DNA of 64,000 nt from Chara braunii (GCA_003427395.1 BFEA01000033.1:5042324-5106323), one strand, 5' to 3'; numbered from the stretch's first letter, positions 49,392 through 62,299 are shown. Numbers and translations are program-made. Notes: generated by a model from the sequence alone, not told the origin.

Positions 49392-49769
49392 AAACTTGTG
49401 CTCTGTTTCTGTTTTTGTTTTTTTTATAAATATATTTAAAGACGGAAAATGAGATACAACCCTATATTGTTTTGTTTTTTTTTGCTCATTCTTTGTTGAT
49501 GAAAAAAATATCCACGGGTGGTGTTGATAATACTTGATATGCATCAACTTGGCTGTTCAATGCCAGTTCAACGCAGATTCAACGAGCGTTAAATTATTTA
49601 ACGCAAACCCCGTGTTGAATCCAAATCCACACACTCAGGACCGGTTAACTGCATTGAATGATTGGATGCTAATCCCCATTTGTGGACTTCTGTGCCATAA
49701 TTTCTGTGGATTATGTGAATTGACTACAGCTGCTGTTTGTCCATGGAACGGGGTGTGGTTGGAAAACAG

Positions 49770-49910
49770 GTGACTTCGTCGATATATAATATTATCATTG
49801 GGAAACTTTATATTGATCATTATGGCACGATGAGGATCCAGGGGAACCGTGACCTTTCCTGCAAGTTGAAGTTCAAGGAGCAGTCGATCATTGATCGTAA
49901 TCCTCATCAG
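49770..49910 (+). CDS. OSBP/ORP exon D
   Basis: CAG|...|GTTG. Encodes [47 protein letters not shown] and continues exon C in frame. 141 nt. Confidence 0.95.
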
Positions 49911-50927
49911 GTTGGGCACACATTCATGTTTGCAAATTGTTGGTTGCACCACATGGTTGTCGTCTCCTCTGAGATCCGGTCTGATTGGGCATCCTGTGGT
50001 GGCGGCATTTGGATGTGTGGATGGTCAATTGAGTAGAGTTTTGCTGTGCTGCAGACTATTGAAGCCTTGGATCTTGTTAGTGCATTTCCCAGCTACTTTG
50101 CTCTGATGCGGTGTTAACCAGCATGTCCTTAGGGGCTGGTATTGCCCGCAATGGTTTACTGATCAGTGCTGGGGGCCTCAGACCTCCTCCATGCACCCAC
50201 CGATTTGAACCGGCCCCCTTGGCCACAAGAGCCAAGACTCTCAACCACGACAGACTTGTCACGGTGTACAAAAGTGGAACCTAACCGGTCTTGATATCCA
50301 CCCCACCCCTGCATGGCTGTAGTGTCCTTGCTCACACCACACTCAACACCACTCAGCAATGCTAGGCGAATGGCCAGTCAAATCCTCATCTGGAGAAAGA
50401 GGCTCAGATGTAGTGGTGGCTTAAATTTACTCTCTCTTAGTGACATCATGCATCAGATCTGGGATGGTTGCGACCACATAGATATTCCTAATTTGAAAAT
50501 ACGGTTGATACGAAGTAATTGATATCTTCTGGGTGTGGTCCGCTTTCTGATGATTGTGCCATCTTGTGGTTAGACCTGTGGTGCATCCATGATACCGCAT
50601 GGTTTGGGAGGATCGTTTTTTTGTATGGAATACTGTGAAAGTGAATAATGCAAGAGAAAAATGTAGATTGGAAATGATGCTCGCATGTAGCATGGAGGCA
50701 CGTAACGAGGCTGTTTTTCATTCTTGTTTTTAAGAAAGGAGTGCACGATATGCAAGTCAGTGCTGCATGTATGTGTAGGAGAACTGGATTTTGTTAGAGA
50801 TTGGATATTTGGGCAATACTACCCTTAAATTGGTTGAACTTCAAGCACGGGGCACCGGTAACAGTAGAAAGTAGAGTGGTCCAGAACTTATGGTGGGAAC
50901 CTTTTTCTGTGTTGCTGTTACCTTCAG

Positions 50928-51152
50928 GTGAAAGGTCTTGTCACAAACTCGAAGGGGGAGAAGCTCGCAACATTGTTTGGTAAATGGGATGAAAACATGT
51001 ACTATGTGAAGGGTGATCTAGATGCAGCAGGCAGAGAACAAGCACCAGATCCGAAGCTGCTGTGGAAGCGAAACCCTCCAGCAGAGCACCCAACTCGCTA
51101 TGGGCTCACATCATTTGCAATCACACTGAACGAGCTGAGTCCAGAACTGAAG
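50928..51152 (+). CDS. OSBP/ORP exon E
   Basis: CAG|...|GTGG. Encodes VKGLVTNSKGEKLATLFGKWDE...LLWKRNPPAEHPTRYGLTSFAITLNELSPELK. 225 nt. Confidence 0.95.
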
Positions 51153-52049
51153 GTGGGCAGGAGATTTCTTCTCTCTCAACCTCCCTCTGCTTTTCTAGTT
51201 GTGTACTGCTTGGTGTCATTTCGTTTGCACTGGGTTGCGACCATGGATCAGGGACAAAGCCCGTTCAATTGTCGGTCAAGGCTGAAATCCACACCACTAA
51301 GCCTTCAAGGATTATCACTCCTGGATAAACAGTTAGCATTCCTACCTGCCAGGCTGGAGGAGGCTGGCTTTCCTGTTACCGCCACTTTCCCTTCCCGAGG
51401 CGGGATCTATTTGCATGATTTGTAAGAGGGAAATACTGTCCCCTTGGGGAGATTTATCAGGTGTGAATTAACACTCTGAAGTTTGAGCATGATCTTTGAT
51501 TTGTTGTCACTATTCAGAAAGCTTGGCTGCAGTGAGAGGCAAGCTGAACAGAAGGACAGAAGGCGTATTGCTCGGTTTCAACTTGCATTTTGGCAAACTC
51601 CATGTCAAGCTTTGTCATGTCGTTTGATGGTTCTCACTTTGGATGCTGGCAAACTCCAAGTCAAGCTTTGTCATGTCGTTTGATGGATCTCACTTTGGAT
51701 GCTGATCAACTATGTGCTGGATAAATTGGCGACATCAGCATTTTGCCGTAGTTTCAATGGATAACGTGGGTCACAACTTGCAAATCTGCTGCAAACAGTG
51801 GTGCAAATATTGGCTCTCACATCATTTTGATGGTGCTAGGCACTGTTAGCTTTAACCATACATCAAGATTTGTGGCCAACGTCCACGATGGTGTTTCAGT
51901 TTGGAATCAACACTGGGGGACACAGATGCCCTTCCCTTTATCTATTTCGCCCTCAAAGTTGATAAATGTCCACCTTCTGTTTGCCCTAGCCTTGGGGTCA
52001 CCGGATGCAATGATGTTTCCCAACCTGCACCTCTCTCAATCACCCGCCA

Positions 52050-53000
52050 CCATTTAGTTCGAGGCCTGCATAGCAGGGCGCCCCATAAACCTCTTTCCTG
52101 TACAACAATGGATACTCGATGGCATGAATCCGCATGATCATCTCTCTTTGCATCAAGAATAACGAGTTGTATCAAGAAAGCGGTGTGCAACGATCCTGGA
52201 TCCTGCAAAGTGCTGAGGAGGTTGTCTTGGCCCTTGATCGTTCTACTCCATACACATCAGATTTTACTACAATGTTTATTAACCTGCAACATGACACGTT
52301 CCTTAGTAATGTACGAAACATTGTTCATGAGGCAAATGATTATGCCCCGAAACTGATTCCACAAGATAGGTGGCCAACATAGATGTATATGCAGTTTCGG
52401 CTCCTCCTTGTTTTAAGGAGTGGGTTAGTTCACATGACTCTGGCACTTGCAGTGTAAGACAAACGACGGCATCTATGGTTTGTGGTCTCTAACACTTTCC
52501 TCTGTGCACCAGATCGTACCCTGTGGCATCAAGTGGTCAGCATCCCTACACGGGCACTGACACTGGGCCGGGTATATTGCCAACCTTAAGCTCTATTGGG
52601 ATGAGGTGCAATTGATAGACGGATTGTGCCAGCGGGATGTGTACGCAGTACAACAATAACATCCTGTCTTGGAATAACTTTCGACCGCCTCCTGCTTGGT
52701 ATGGGCTTGAGTGGAAAGACACGATAGAGCATGATGTTTTTGGTTTGATCAAACAGTGTGCTCCTCGTCAGTGCAGCCTGGATATTCCCAGTCATACGCT
52801 ATTCCTGTGGCGTCTCCAATGTCCTTGCTCATCAGCCTCCAGATGTACTCACAGGGCAGCCGGAAATGTTTGGGCATAATACTACCAACTTTGAAGTTGC
52901 AGTGACTTAGCTGACATATAATATGTTAGCTAGATCCCATCCCTTGGTGCCATAGCCAGGGGGTGGAATACATGCGGTCATGGCCGGCAATGTCACCCAG
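52050..53000 (+). mobile_element. Penelope-like element reverse transcriptase remnant
   Basis: Ordered motifs WILQSAEEVV, SDFTTMFINLQHD, LWHQVVSIP-TGTDTGP, IANL, YNNNILSWNN. These resemble PLE RT W-I-L-K-N, DFSTLYT-IPH, QxxGIPMG, ANL and YIDD-I-LS-NN. Frameshifted. Confidence 0.72.
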
Positions 53001-54269
53001 CTTACAAACTGATTCGCCGCATTGTTCACAGGTGGCTTGCCTGTGAACTGCCGACAATCAATGTTGTGTATATAGGCAGCAGCAGTCTTCCATACATCCA
53101 CATGCTGTGGCCCTGCTATCAGGGGAATGGCGACTGCTTAATGTGGATGCTGCAGTCCTAGCAGAAGCCGAGCCTGCTGAAGGTCTTCGAATTAACTGCA
53201 GGGGATTATTGCCAGCAGCCTACGGTTGTTGATGCTGTAGAATGCATGCCACCACAACCCCATTGGGGAGGCTTGCACGAACGGGAGTTGAGTGGTCAAG
53301 ATGAGTTTCCCCTTCAGACATGCAACTCCATATGCGGTCCCACGCCCTTCAGGTGAGGACCGCCCCTGGACACTGCAGGAAAATATTTTCTATTCTTTTA
53401 TTTATCTTTCTCTAGGGTGTCTTAGATAGCAGGAGTTAGACGATGGCAAGGCCTTCCTGCCCTGCTCTAGATTTGTATGATCAATCAGCCAGCTGTTATT
53501 TGGTGGGCATTTGTGTTCTCTTTGCCATTGCAATGTCAAACTCTTCGGGGGCTTAAGCGCTTCCACACCGTCTCTTCCCCATCTGACTCTCCGTCACAAT
53601 CACCGGCCTCCTCCCCTGCATCTCCTGCTACATCCTTACCACCTCCTACTGCCTTCTGCGTCTGCCTTCTGCATCTGCGTCTTCTTCTTCTTCTTCTTCT
53701 TCTTCTTCTTCTTCTTCTTCTTCTTCTTCTTGTCTTCTTACTCGTCTTCTTGCCTCCTCCATCTCTGACGTCCTTGAGTCCGTCGTCCTCCGTGCGGTTG
53801 CCACGTGGCAACCGCCGCATCAAACTGTTTTTTTTTTTTTCGATTCTTCTTCTTCTTCTTCTTCTTCTTCTTCTTCTTCTTCTTCCCCTATCCTCCTTCT
53901 CCATCGTCATTCCCCTTCTTCTTCTTTTTCTTCTTCTTCTTCTTCTCTTCTTGACCTTCCTCCTCATCTTTTTCCCTCCCTCATCTCCAACTTCCACCTT
54001 CGTCCTCCCTGCGGTTGGCCCGTGACGACCGCCGACCGGTGCACGTTCTTTCTTCTTCTTCTTCTTCTTCTTCTTCTTCTTCTTCTTCTTCTTCTTGCAA
54101 TCGCTGTTGGCGTTGTTGGCGTTCGTCGCGATCACTGCTGTTACCGCCATCGTCATCTTTGTGCTCTTCATCTTCTTCGCCATCCTCATCGTCGCCATTG
54201 TTGCTGCCCTCATCCTCTTCCTCTTCTTCTTCCTAATCAATACATTCATAATATCGTTTGCACAGACGA

Positions 54270-57200
54270 TCTAAATTCCCATCGCGTTCGAACCGAAGTT
54301 GAGGATGAACTTCCTATAGTAATTAGCTAATCCTAGGAACGATCGCAGCTTGGTTAGGGTCTTGGACCTTGGCGACTCTTGAATCGTAGCTATATTCTTA
54401 TCCTGAGGCCACACTNNNNNNNNNNNNNNNNNNNNNNNNNNNNNNNNNNNNNNNNNNNNNNNNNNNNNNNNNNNNNNNNNNNNNNNNNNNNNNNNNNNNN
54501 NNNNNNNNNNNNNNNNNNNNNNNNNNNNNNNNNNNNNNNNNNNNNNNNNNNNNNNNNNNNNNNNNNNNNNNNNNNNNNNNNNNNNNNNNNNNNNNNNNNN
54601 NNNNNNNNNNNNNNNNNNNNNNNNNNNNNNNNNNNNNNNNNNNNNNNNNNNNNNNNNNNNNNNNNNNNNNNNNNNNNNNNNNNNNNNNNNNNNNNNNNNN
54701 NNNNNNNNNNNNNNNNNNNNNNNNNNNNNNNNNNNNNNNNNNNNNNNNNNNNNNNNNNNNNNNNNNNNNNNNNNNNNNNNNNNNNNNNNNNNNNNNNNNN
54801 NNNNNNNNNNNNNNNNNNNNNNNNNNNNNNNNNNNNNNNNNNNNNNNNNNNNNNNNGACCTGCAAATGTTCTGCAAGCTCCTCTAAGGACTTGTCGAAGA
54901 CTACGAATCTGTCAAGCCATTCTCTGAACAAGTCGTTCATGCAGGGGTGGAAAGAAGCCGGGGCATTGGTCAGTCCTATAATGATCTTCTTTTACTACCT
55001 CGATCTGGTGATACCCAGATTTAAAGTCAAATTTGGAAAAATACTTACATCCCTGCAGCCTATCCATTCTGGCCACTAGACTCTATGCATAGCCTCAGTT
55101 CACCCTCCCTTGGGCATGAACAGAACTTGTGCACCGTTCAGCGACACGCCTGGCTGAACCCACCCCTTCCCAAATAACTCACCTAACTGTTTGCCCAGCT
55201 CGTTAGCAGGTTCCTATAGATGGGACCCTGTAGTGTCTTGCTACTGGGCGTCATCTCTATCCTGTGCTTGATCTCTCTTTTATCACGCCTGAGAACCCGC
55301 GTTTCCCTCAGCATACTGTTTCAACGTTTGTCTTATCAGGGTGGTAACTTCTGACTGTTTCCTTTCTGTTTGCTCTCCCTTCTTTCCTTCTGCGGGTATG
55401 GGCTTCACTAGGGTCGTGAACACTTGTTCAGCCACCTGCTGCTTCACTACATACATGCAGACGCACTCGTGCAACACACTCGCAGTGGGGTGTCATGATA
55501 GAGCCGGATCGTGCTCTTAATCCTATCCTTAACTGGGATTCCGTAACTCTTCCTCTTTATACCTAACATCTTCATCTGCCTCCATGCCCAGGATAGTGTC
55601 GAAGGGTAAGTTCTCCTCCACTAAGAGAGTCGGGGAGTTCAACACCTTTTCTACCTTCTCCCCATTCTCCAACTGGAAGTATCCCTTCGCGCCCTTAGCA
55701 TATTCTGTCACCATGATCTCTCTGCTATTAGCCAAACTTGTGAATTATAGGCCATTCCAGATTCTAGACCTTCATGCCTGAGTGCGGCTTCCTAATGGCT
55801 CTAGGCGAGATATAACTCCTTGTGGGCCCCGGATCTACTAAGGCACCTACTTTATTTTTTATTATCCGGTGTTGCACACCCCAACCGTCGGCGACTGTTG
55901 ACTGGTCAACACTTACCGGTGTGGGGTCGTCGGCACCGCTCAAAAATTAAACAAAAGTATATGTAAATAATAATTTTAATAATAATAATAATAATAATAA
56001 AATTGGGTCCAGAACCCCTGATAACCCAACCAACACCCCCCTACCCGCCCCACATACCTGGATACACCCCCTCATCACCCCCAAACCGCCCCCCAACACA
56101 TTCATACCCCCCCCCAATACCCCCTATACCACCCCTATACCCCCCTATATCCTCCTACACCCCTCTATATTCCCCTATACCCCCGCCATCCCCAAAAGTT
56201 TCTCAGTGGATTTGGGCTGGATTTGGGCTGTACTCGCCAAGTGCAGTACAGCTTCCAACTCAGATCTGAAAAAAAAACAGTGGATGGCTGTTTTCTGACG
56301 GGTTGGCAGACCGTGGACCGGTCGGCCCTACTGGTCCTCTGCAAAACGGTCGGCAGTCGAGGTCGGCTTTAGGGAGGTATGCAACCATGTAACTATCTCT
56401 AAATCTGCAACTAACTGCCCCCGTTTGCTCTTCATCTCGGTCCAAGACCTGTGAAGGGTGATCAGCTCTTTGCCTACGTCTGCAAGGGAGCCAGTCATGG
56501 AGAGCCAGCAACTAGCGATCTTCAGGATGTCATCTGAGTGGCAGGGAAGTTCAGCTTGATGGGGAGTGAACAGCACACACTTTTAACTGCTCTGAGTTCA
56601 CAGCCACGGTAGGTGCAGCTGATCCTCCTACCTCCCTCTTGCTGGCTGATTCTGCCACACGGGGCAGAAAGGGATGATGGGGTCCTCCTTACGACAACTG
56701 AAACACCTGCCTTCGTCTGGCGCTTTCGCCGCTGGGAGTGAGACACACCCATTTGCTTCCATGGCTCTCCCTCTTCCTTCACCTGGGTGCAATGGGAATC
56801 TGTGCTGTGGGTGGTGCCCTCTGCCGCCTCTTGGTGGAGGGTAGGTGCCTCTTGCACTGCTAGGGGCTCCTCCTGCTCTGGTGGCCCTCCATTGTGGGCT
56901 ACGACAGAGGCATATTCCCCGGTGCTACTACCACTGTCGTCGTCATCCCCTATGTCTATCTTCTCGTAAGGAGCGGTCTCGCCTCCTTCCACATGGGTAA
57001 GGAGCAAGTTTTCTATTGCCCTTACCTGATAGGTGATGAGAAGGATCTTTGAACATGGCGGATTTAGCAGTAAGCTTCATATAAGCCTCCATCTCCCCTG
57101 GACGCCGAAGGCCCTGGGGCTGTAAAACATAGAACTCTGTATAAGATCATCCGGCGAACAATCCAAGATAAATGGGTTCTCAAACTAATCCGGTGAGGAC

Positions 57201-58700
57201 TATAAGCTGTTTCTCATATGCCACACAGAGAGATTGAAGTGGTGACCATAGGTGCCGCCAGGTGGCGACCCTTTCCAGGGCGGCTTTTGAGAGAAGGCAT
57301 CAGATGTCTGTCCTGCCTGACTTAGCTTTTGCAGCTAAGCTATTTTTGATCGTGTCAGGCAGGCCAAGGGCGAAATGATGGAGAGTGTTTAAGTCTGTGA
57401 CACCATGTTTCGGGCCTTGTAGCTATCTACCTTGGCCTTCAGACTAGCTACACTCTTTTAATGATACTTCTCTATATTTGTTATGGCGTTGGAGGCTTTG
57501 AGCGCTTCATTCCTATCAGTGAATTGTTCTTGAGTGCCCTCATAGACATAAGTCCTTAAAAAGGGTATTCTGGGATCAGGCTATAATGTTGCTTTCAGAC
57601 CCGGCCGCCTGTGGCTGCGAGTGCAGCCGTGTTAGCGCATCCTTCTCCATCATCATACCGACAGCCACAATCTTGTCCTCCTCCTTAATCCTCTGCACAT
57701 GCAGGTATGTTCTGACTGCGGCCTCCAGGTCGAGCAAACCCTCCTCCTTCTGCCTTTGCTAGGTATATGGGACCCTCACCTTCGTCCTGCTTTTATACCC
57801 CCGCTGGCTACCTACTCGGCAGCCAGTGGACAACTTCCCATTCCCGTTCCATTACTGTCTCCATCTCCATTCCACCCTTTCCATTTCTTTCCATCTCTTC
57901 CTCCATCATGCACTTTGTCTCCTTGATGAGCTTGTCAAAGAATTCAACGAAGGAGCCAGCAGGCCCCCTCGTCAATTCATCAAACTGCTGCTTCATCTCT
58001 CCTCTTAGCTCCTTCAGCAGCTTCCCGAATTCTGTCGCATCTGCATTTTCAAGGGTTATGGTGGCTATGGCGGCATACCCCTCCATCTCTTTTGCGGCTT
58101 TTTTGGCCTTAGGCGGTCATGCAAACTTACTCCTGCGCCATCTTGTTTTGCAATTGCATACCCCTCCATCTCTTTTGCGGCTATTTTTGGCCTTAGGCGG
58201 TCATGACAAACTTACTCCTGCACCGTCTTGTTTTGCAATTGCTCCTGCTGCTCCTTTTTCTTAGCTCACAGCCTCCCTGCGGTTTTGTTTCCAGATAACT
58301 GTTCTGGGCATCGCTTTCGCTGCAATCCTCTTCCAGCATATCCTCTTCTCCTCCTAGTGGTCCAGGCCCATAGGCAGTGTGCATGAGATGGTGGGCCAGC
58401 TTTCCTTTCATTACCGCCGCCATCTGGCCTCCTCTTCTTCTGCCTGTGTCTTTCCTTCTTCTCCAGGCAGCAGTTTCTTGTCCCGGCCCCCGCTGCCTCC
58501 TTGCACCGCCATCTTCCCCTTTGCGCCTTCCACTGGCTCTCTTTTCACCTACGTCTGGAAGCCCGTGCCTCTGAGTATGTGGAATGCCACCGCCTCTTTC
58601 CTTCTGTGTCTTCCTGGAGGCCATAGAGAATTTACTGGGTCTCACATTCTTTACTTAGCCCGTTTTCTGTAGGCGGCCCACTTTTGAGGCTCGCTGAGTC
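54270..58700 (-). mobile_element. Degenerate Gypsy element of another family, gapped and interrupted by a hAT-like insert
   Basis: MNDLFREWLDRFVV, KLRSFLGLANYYRKFI, protease-like LPFDTILGM and gag-like low-complexity remnants. Confidence 0.7.
55867..56389. mobile_element. Non-autonomous hAT-like element
   Basis: CGGTGTTGCA / TGCAACCATG termini, flanks TTATTATC/TAACTATC, homologous to the ends of 20958-29243. Confidence 0.7.
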
Positions 58701-58930
58701 TTGGAGTCCGACAACTTCCAAACTCGAGTGAAGATCCCCTTGTTGTGTGCCAACTTGCTTCCTGTTGGCAAAACTGTCGTAGGCTTAAACAAGGTCTTTG
58801 GCTTGCAGGCAGTTGTAAAGGAAATTGGCTTTTCGTGGTTCTACTTGTCAGTTTATTTTTTTTTCTGTTTGTTGATTGACATTGCCTTTTGGGGAATGCC
58901 GTCTGTGTATGGTGCGGTTGATGACAGCAG

Positions 58931-59044
58931 GAACTCCTTCCTCCAACAGACTCGAGGTTACGCCCTGATCAACGATGTCTCGAGGAGGGTCTCTATGACG
59001 AGGCTAATGCGGAAAAGCTCCGCCTCGAGCTAAAACAACGCCAG
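58931..59044 (+). CDS. OSBP/ORP exon F (not in ORF track)
   Basis: CAGCAG acceptor and GTTAGT donor. Manual translation [38 protein letters not shown] ([11 protein letters not shown] motif). 114 nt. Confidence 0.95.
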
Positions 59045-60132
59045 GTTAGTTTATAATGAGCCAACCTGACACTTTCCAGATTGAGCTGTTGGAGTCTTGT
59101 TATCTTGGTATGAAAACTATTATGCTGGCAGCAAGATGTAAAAACAGAGAAAAGAAACGTGCTTTGTGCTGCTCAGTCAAGCATTGACTTCTTGGCCTCT
59201 GTGAAATGATTTGAGAACTGTTGGCCCAAATCTCAGCACAGAATCTTGGGTCATCTCAGGTGCAGTGACGTGACATTTTTCAAGCTCTCTGTGTTCTAGA
59301 GCCTGTTGTCTATCATCTCTTGGCAGAGGGGGATTGTGTAAGACATTCAAGAGCATGCTGGATCCTGTCGTTTAGCACATGTTTAGTCCTTGATGGACTG
59401 ATGAATTCAGTGCACCCTTTGAGCGCAAGGCATGTTCTGCTGAGGAAACCTTTGAGAGTTTGTGCCCTAAACAGCATGGTTTTCTCTTCCAGTATCCCTC
59501 TTGCTATCTCGATGGTGTCCCTAGCAGAAGCTTGCATTACATAAATAAAGAGATGCCCCCTGCAGGAGCCACTGTAGTAGAAGTGGTTTTTGCACTCAAA
59601 AACATGAATCTTTTTTTTCTGGAAACATAACGAAGCTAACAACACTACAAGCCAAGTTATTTAGCGGTGCAGGAGTTTTTAGGCGTTCTGGCTGTTCCAA
59701 AGGTATTGGGTGTGCGTGGTACAGACATGATGTGAGTGGGTGATAGTCCAATGGTCTCGGTGCTTCGTTGATTTGAAAGTAAGTTTGTGACTAATAAGTC
59801 GGTACTCTATATTGACAACAGCTATCCAATGCTATTGGCATTCCCAAAATTGTGTTGCTAGTACCTTGCAATCAAGCTGGGTCTCTAGTGACCTTGTCTC
59901 AAATGAGATGGAGCAGTAAATTCTGGCTGTATGTGTGAATCTGACCTGGAGGTTTCGCAAATTATTCATAAAGACCATAGCTACGTCGGACCGGACACTG
60001 GAGCCGGACCTCCCGGCCCCATTCGAACTTCCGTAAAATCGGAATATCCAGACTGGTCCAGATCTCCTGTCCGGATGCCTGAACGGATCCAAGTATTTTC
60101 CGGAAATAAAATGTAATAATAATAATCATAAT

Positions 60133-60407
60133 CTAGGCTACCAGAGTGGCCCGGGGTCACTTGCCGGGCCGGGCCAAAAAAAAATAAAAAATAAATAAAA
60201 AAATAAAATAAAATAAATTTAATTCTAAATTTGGTGAAGAATTTCGATGTGACCCTGAGGCAAAAGCTGTTCAGTTTATTTTTCTGCATAACATAGTTTT
60301 TTTTGGGATTTTTTGGATTGTTTTTTTTTTTTTTTTTTGCTGGGGCCTTCCCTGGTCCTTGCACGGGCTGGCCACCGGGGACCCGGGCGGCCCGGCTGGT
60401 AGCCTAG
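60133..60407. mobile_element. 275-bp hAT MITE, CTAGG family
   Basis: 12-bp TIR CTAGGCTACCAG and perfect 8-bp TSD ATCATAAT. Confidence 0.92.
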
Positions 60408-60425
60408 ATCATAATCATAATAATA

Positions 60426-60467
<42 letters not shown>

Positions 60468-60543
60468 TAACAATTATAATAATGCAAGGAAAACGAGGGA
60501 TAGCGAGATGACAGAATTCCAGAATGCAAAATCACATTGAAAG

Positions 60544-61970
60544 CAGGGCTGTTCTGGCAACCGACCGGTCGAGCTGGCCCGGTCCAACCGGGACGGGACC
60601 GGACCGGCCCAAGGGGGGTCAACCGGCAAACCGGATGGCCCAAAAAAATGCCCAATTCTTTTTTTTTTTTCCCCCGGGATCCGACTGCGCTTGCCGAGAT
60701 CTGTCGGATTCTGCAATAAAACTTTGAAGGTTGGAATTTTTAATTAGGGGTGTGCCGGGAGGGGTGGTCGGATTCCGACGGCTATCGCTAATGGAGGAGG
60801 AGGAGAAAAGAGGAGGAAGAGGAGGAGAAAGAAGAAGAAAAAGACGACGAAGAAGAGGGAGGAGAAGAAGAGGAGGAGGAGGAGGAAAAAGAAAATGACG
60901 AAGAAGAGGAGGAGGAGGAGGAAAAAGAAAATGACGAAGAAGAGGAGAGGCGACGATGGCGCAGAGAGAAGGTCAGGAGGGAGGGGGGAAGGGGGAAGGA
61001 TCAGGGGTGGAGCACCGGCGGAAGATAAACGGGATCGGGCGAGCGGGAGTGGGGAGGGTGGAGAAGGGGGGAAAGTCGGAGGAAGTCGGGGGAGAAGCGG
61101 GGGGGGAGTCGTTGGAGAATCCGGGGGTTTAGTCGGGGGAGAAGGGGGGGGAAGTCGGGGCCTGGATCGCTCTTAATTGTGATCCCCTTCCCCCCACCAC
61201 CTCCATCCCCAATTCTCCCCACTTCTTCCCCGACTTCTTCCCGCTACTCCCTCGACTACCTCCCCGCTTCTCCCCCGACTACCCCCCGCTTCTCCCCGAC
61301 CACCCCCCGACTTCCCTCCGACTTTTCCCCGCTTCTTCCCCGACTTTCTCTCGCTACTCCCCTGACTACCTCCCCGTTTCTCCCCCGACTATCCCCCGCT
61401 TCTCCTCGACTACCCCCCACTTCTCCCCCGACTTCCCCCCGCTTCTCCCCCGCTTCTCCCCCGCTTCTCCCCCGACTTCTCCCGAGCGGGGGAAAGTCGA
61501 AAGAGAAGCGGGTGGAAGTCGGAGGAGAAGCGGGGAGAAGTCGGGGGAGAAGCGGGGGGGAAGTCGTTGGAGAAGGAACGAACGGATGCACCGAGTGTAG
61601 GTGAGCGGGGTTGAACGCGCGATGCGTTTTCCCCCGCTGCACGATTCTATTTCCCACTTCTCCAGCTCGCAACGGTTTCAAACAGCAGCCGATCTTAGCC
61701 GCTGGTTTGTGACGATCAACGGCCACGATTGGCCAGTATTTCGAATGAAAAAAAACGGGTCTAAGGGACCCGGTTTTAAAATTGCGGATTAGGGCCCACC
61801 CCCACGAGGCCTCAAGAGCACAACTGCGTTGCCCATTTTTTTTTTTTTTGGCCCCCAGCGAAAATGCGCTGGGGGCGACCGGGAGTGAACCGGCCCGGCC
61901 CACCGGCCGGTCCATCCGGGAGGACCCCGGTTGGGGGAGGGGTCCCCGGTCCATCCGGGGATCAGCCCTG
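60544..61970. mobile_element. Non-autonomous hAT element (CAGGGCT family, inverted relative to 29268) with purine/pyrimidine minisatellite core
   Basis: CAGGGCTG / CAGCCCTG termini, flanks ATTGAAAG/CTTGAAAT, subterminal homology to 29268-31616. Confidence 0.8.
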
Positions 61971-62299
61971 CTTGAAATCCAGAAAGTCCAACACTGTCCA
62001 GAAAGCATAAATGCACCTATATATCACCAATGGAGAACCAAAGCTCCGAATCCGAATGTCAATGAGAGCATACTCTCGCCACCACCAACAATTGCATCCA
62101 AAGCCCTTCCTCCCCCTTGGTGCTCAACGCCCAGACTACAATCACGCAGCTACAACCAGCCTACGAATTGACAATGCAACCTGTTGGCGTCAGCAGCAGA
62201 ACCGAAGTACATGCCCTCACATCATCAACCCCGTCTTTCTATCTCTCCCCCTTGACTTCATCACCCACGTCTTCTCCCGTATACACAAAAACCAGCACC

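Noticed and set aside
50190-50265. tRNA gene on the minus strand
   Set aside because: A B-box-like GGTTCAAATC is present but there is no convincing cloverleaf or A box. At most a decayed SINE head.
53477-54330. K/R-rich and L-rich ORFs
   Set aside because: (CTT)n microsatellite artefacts.
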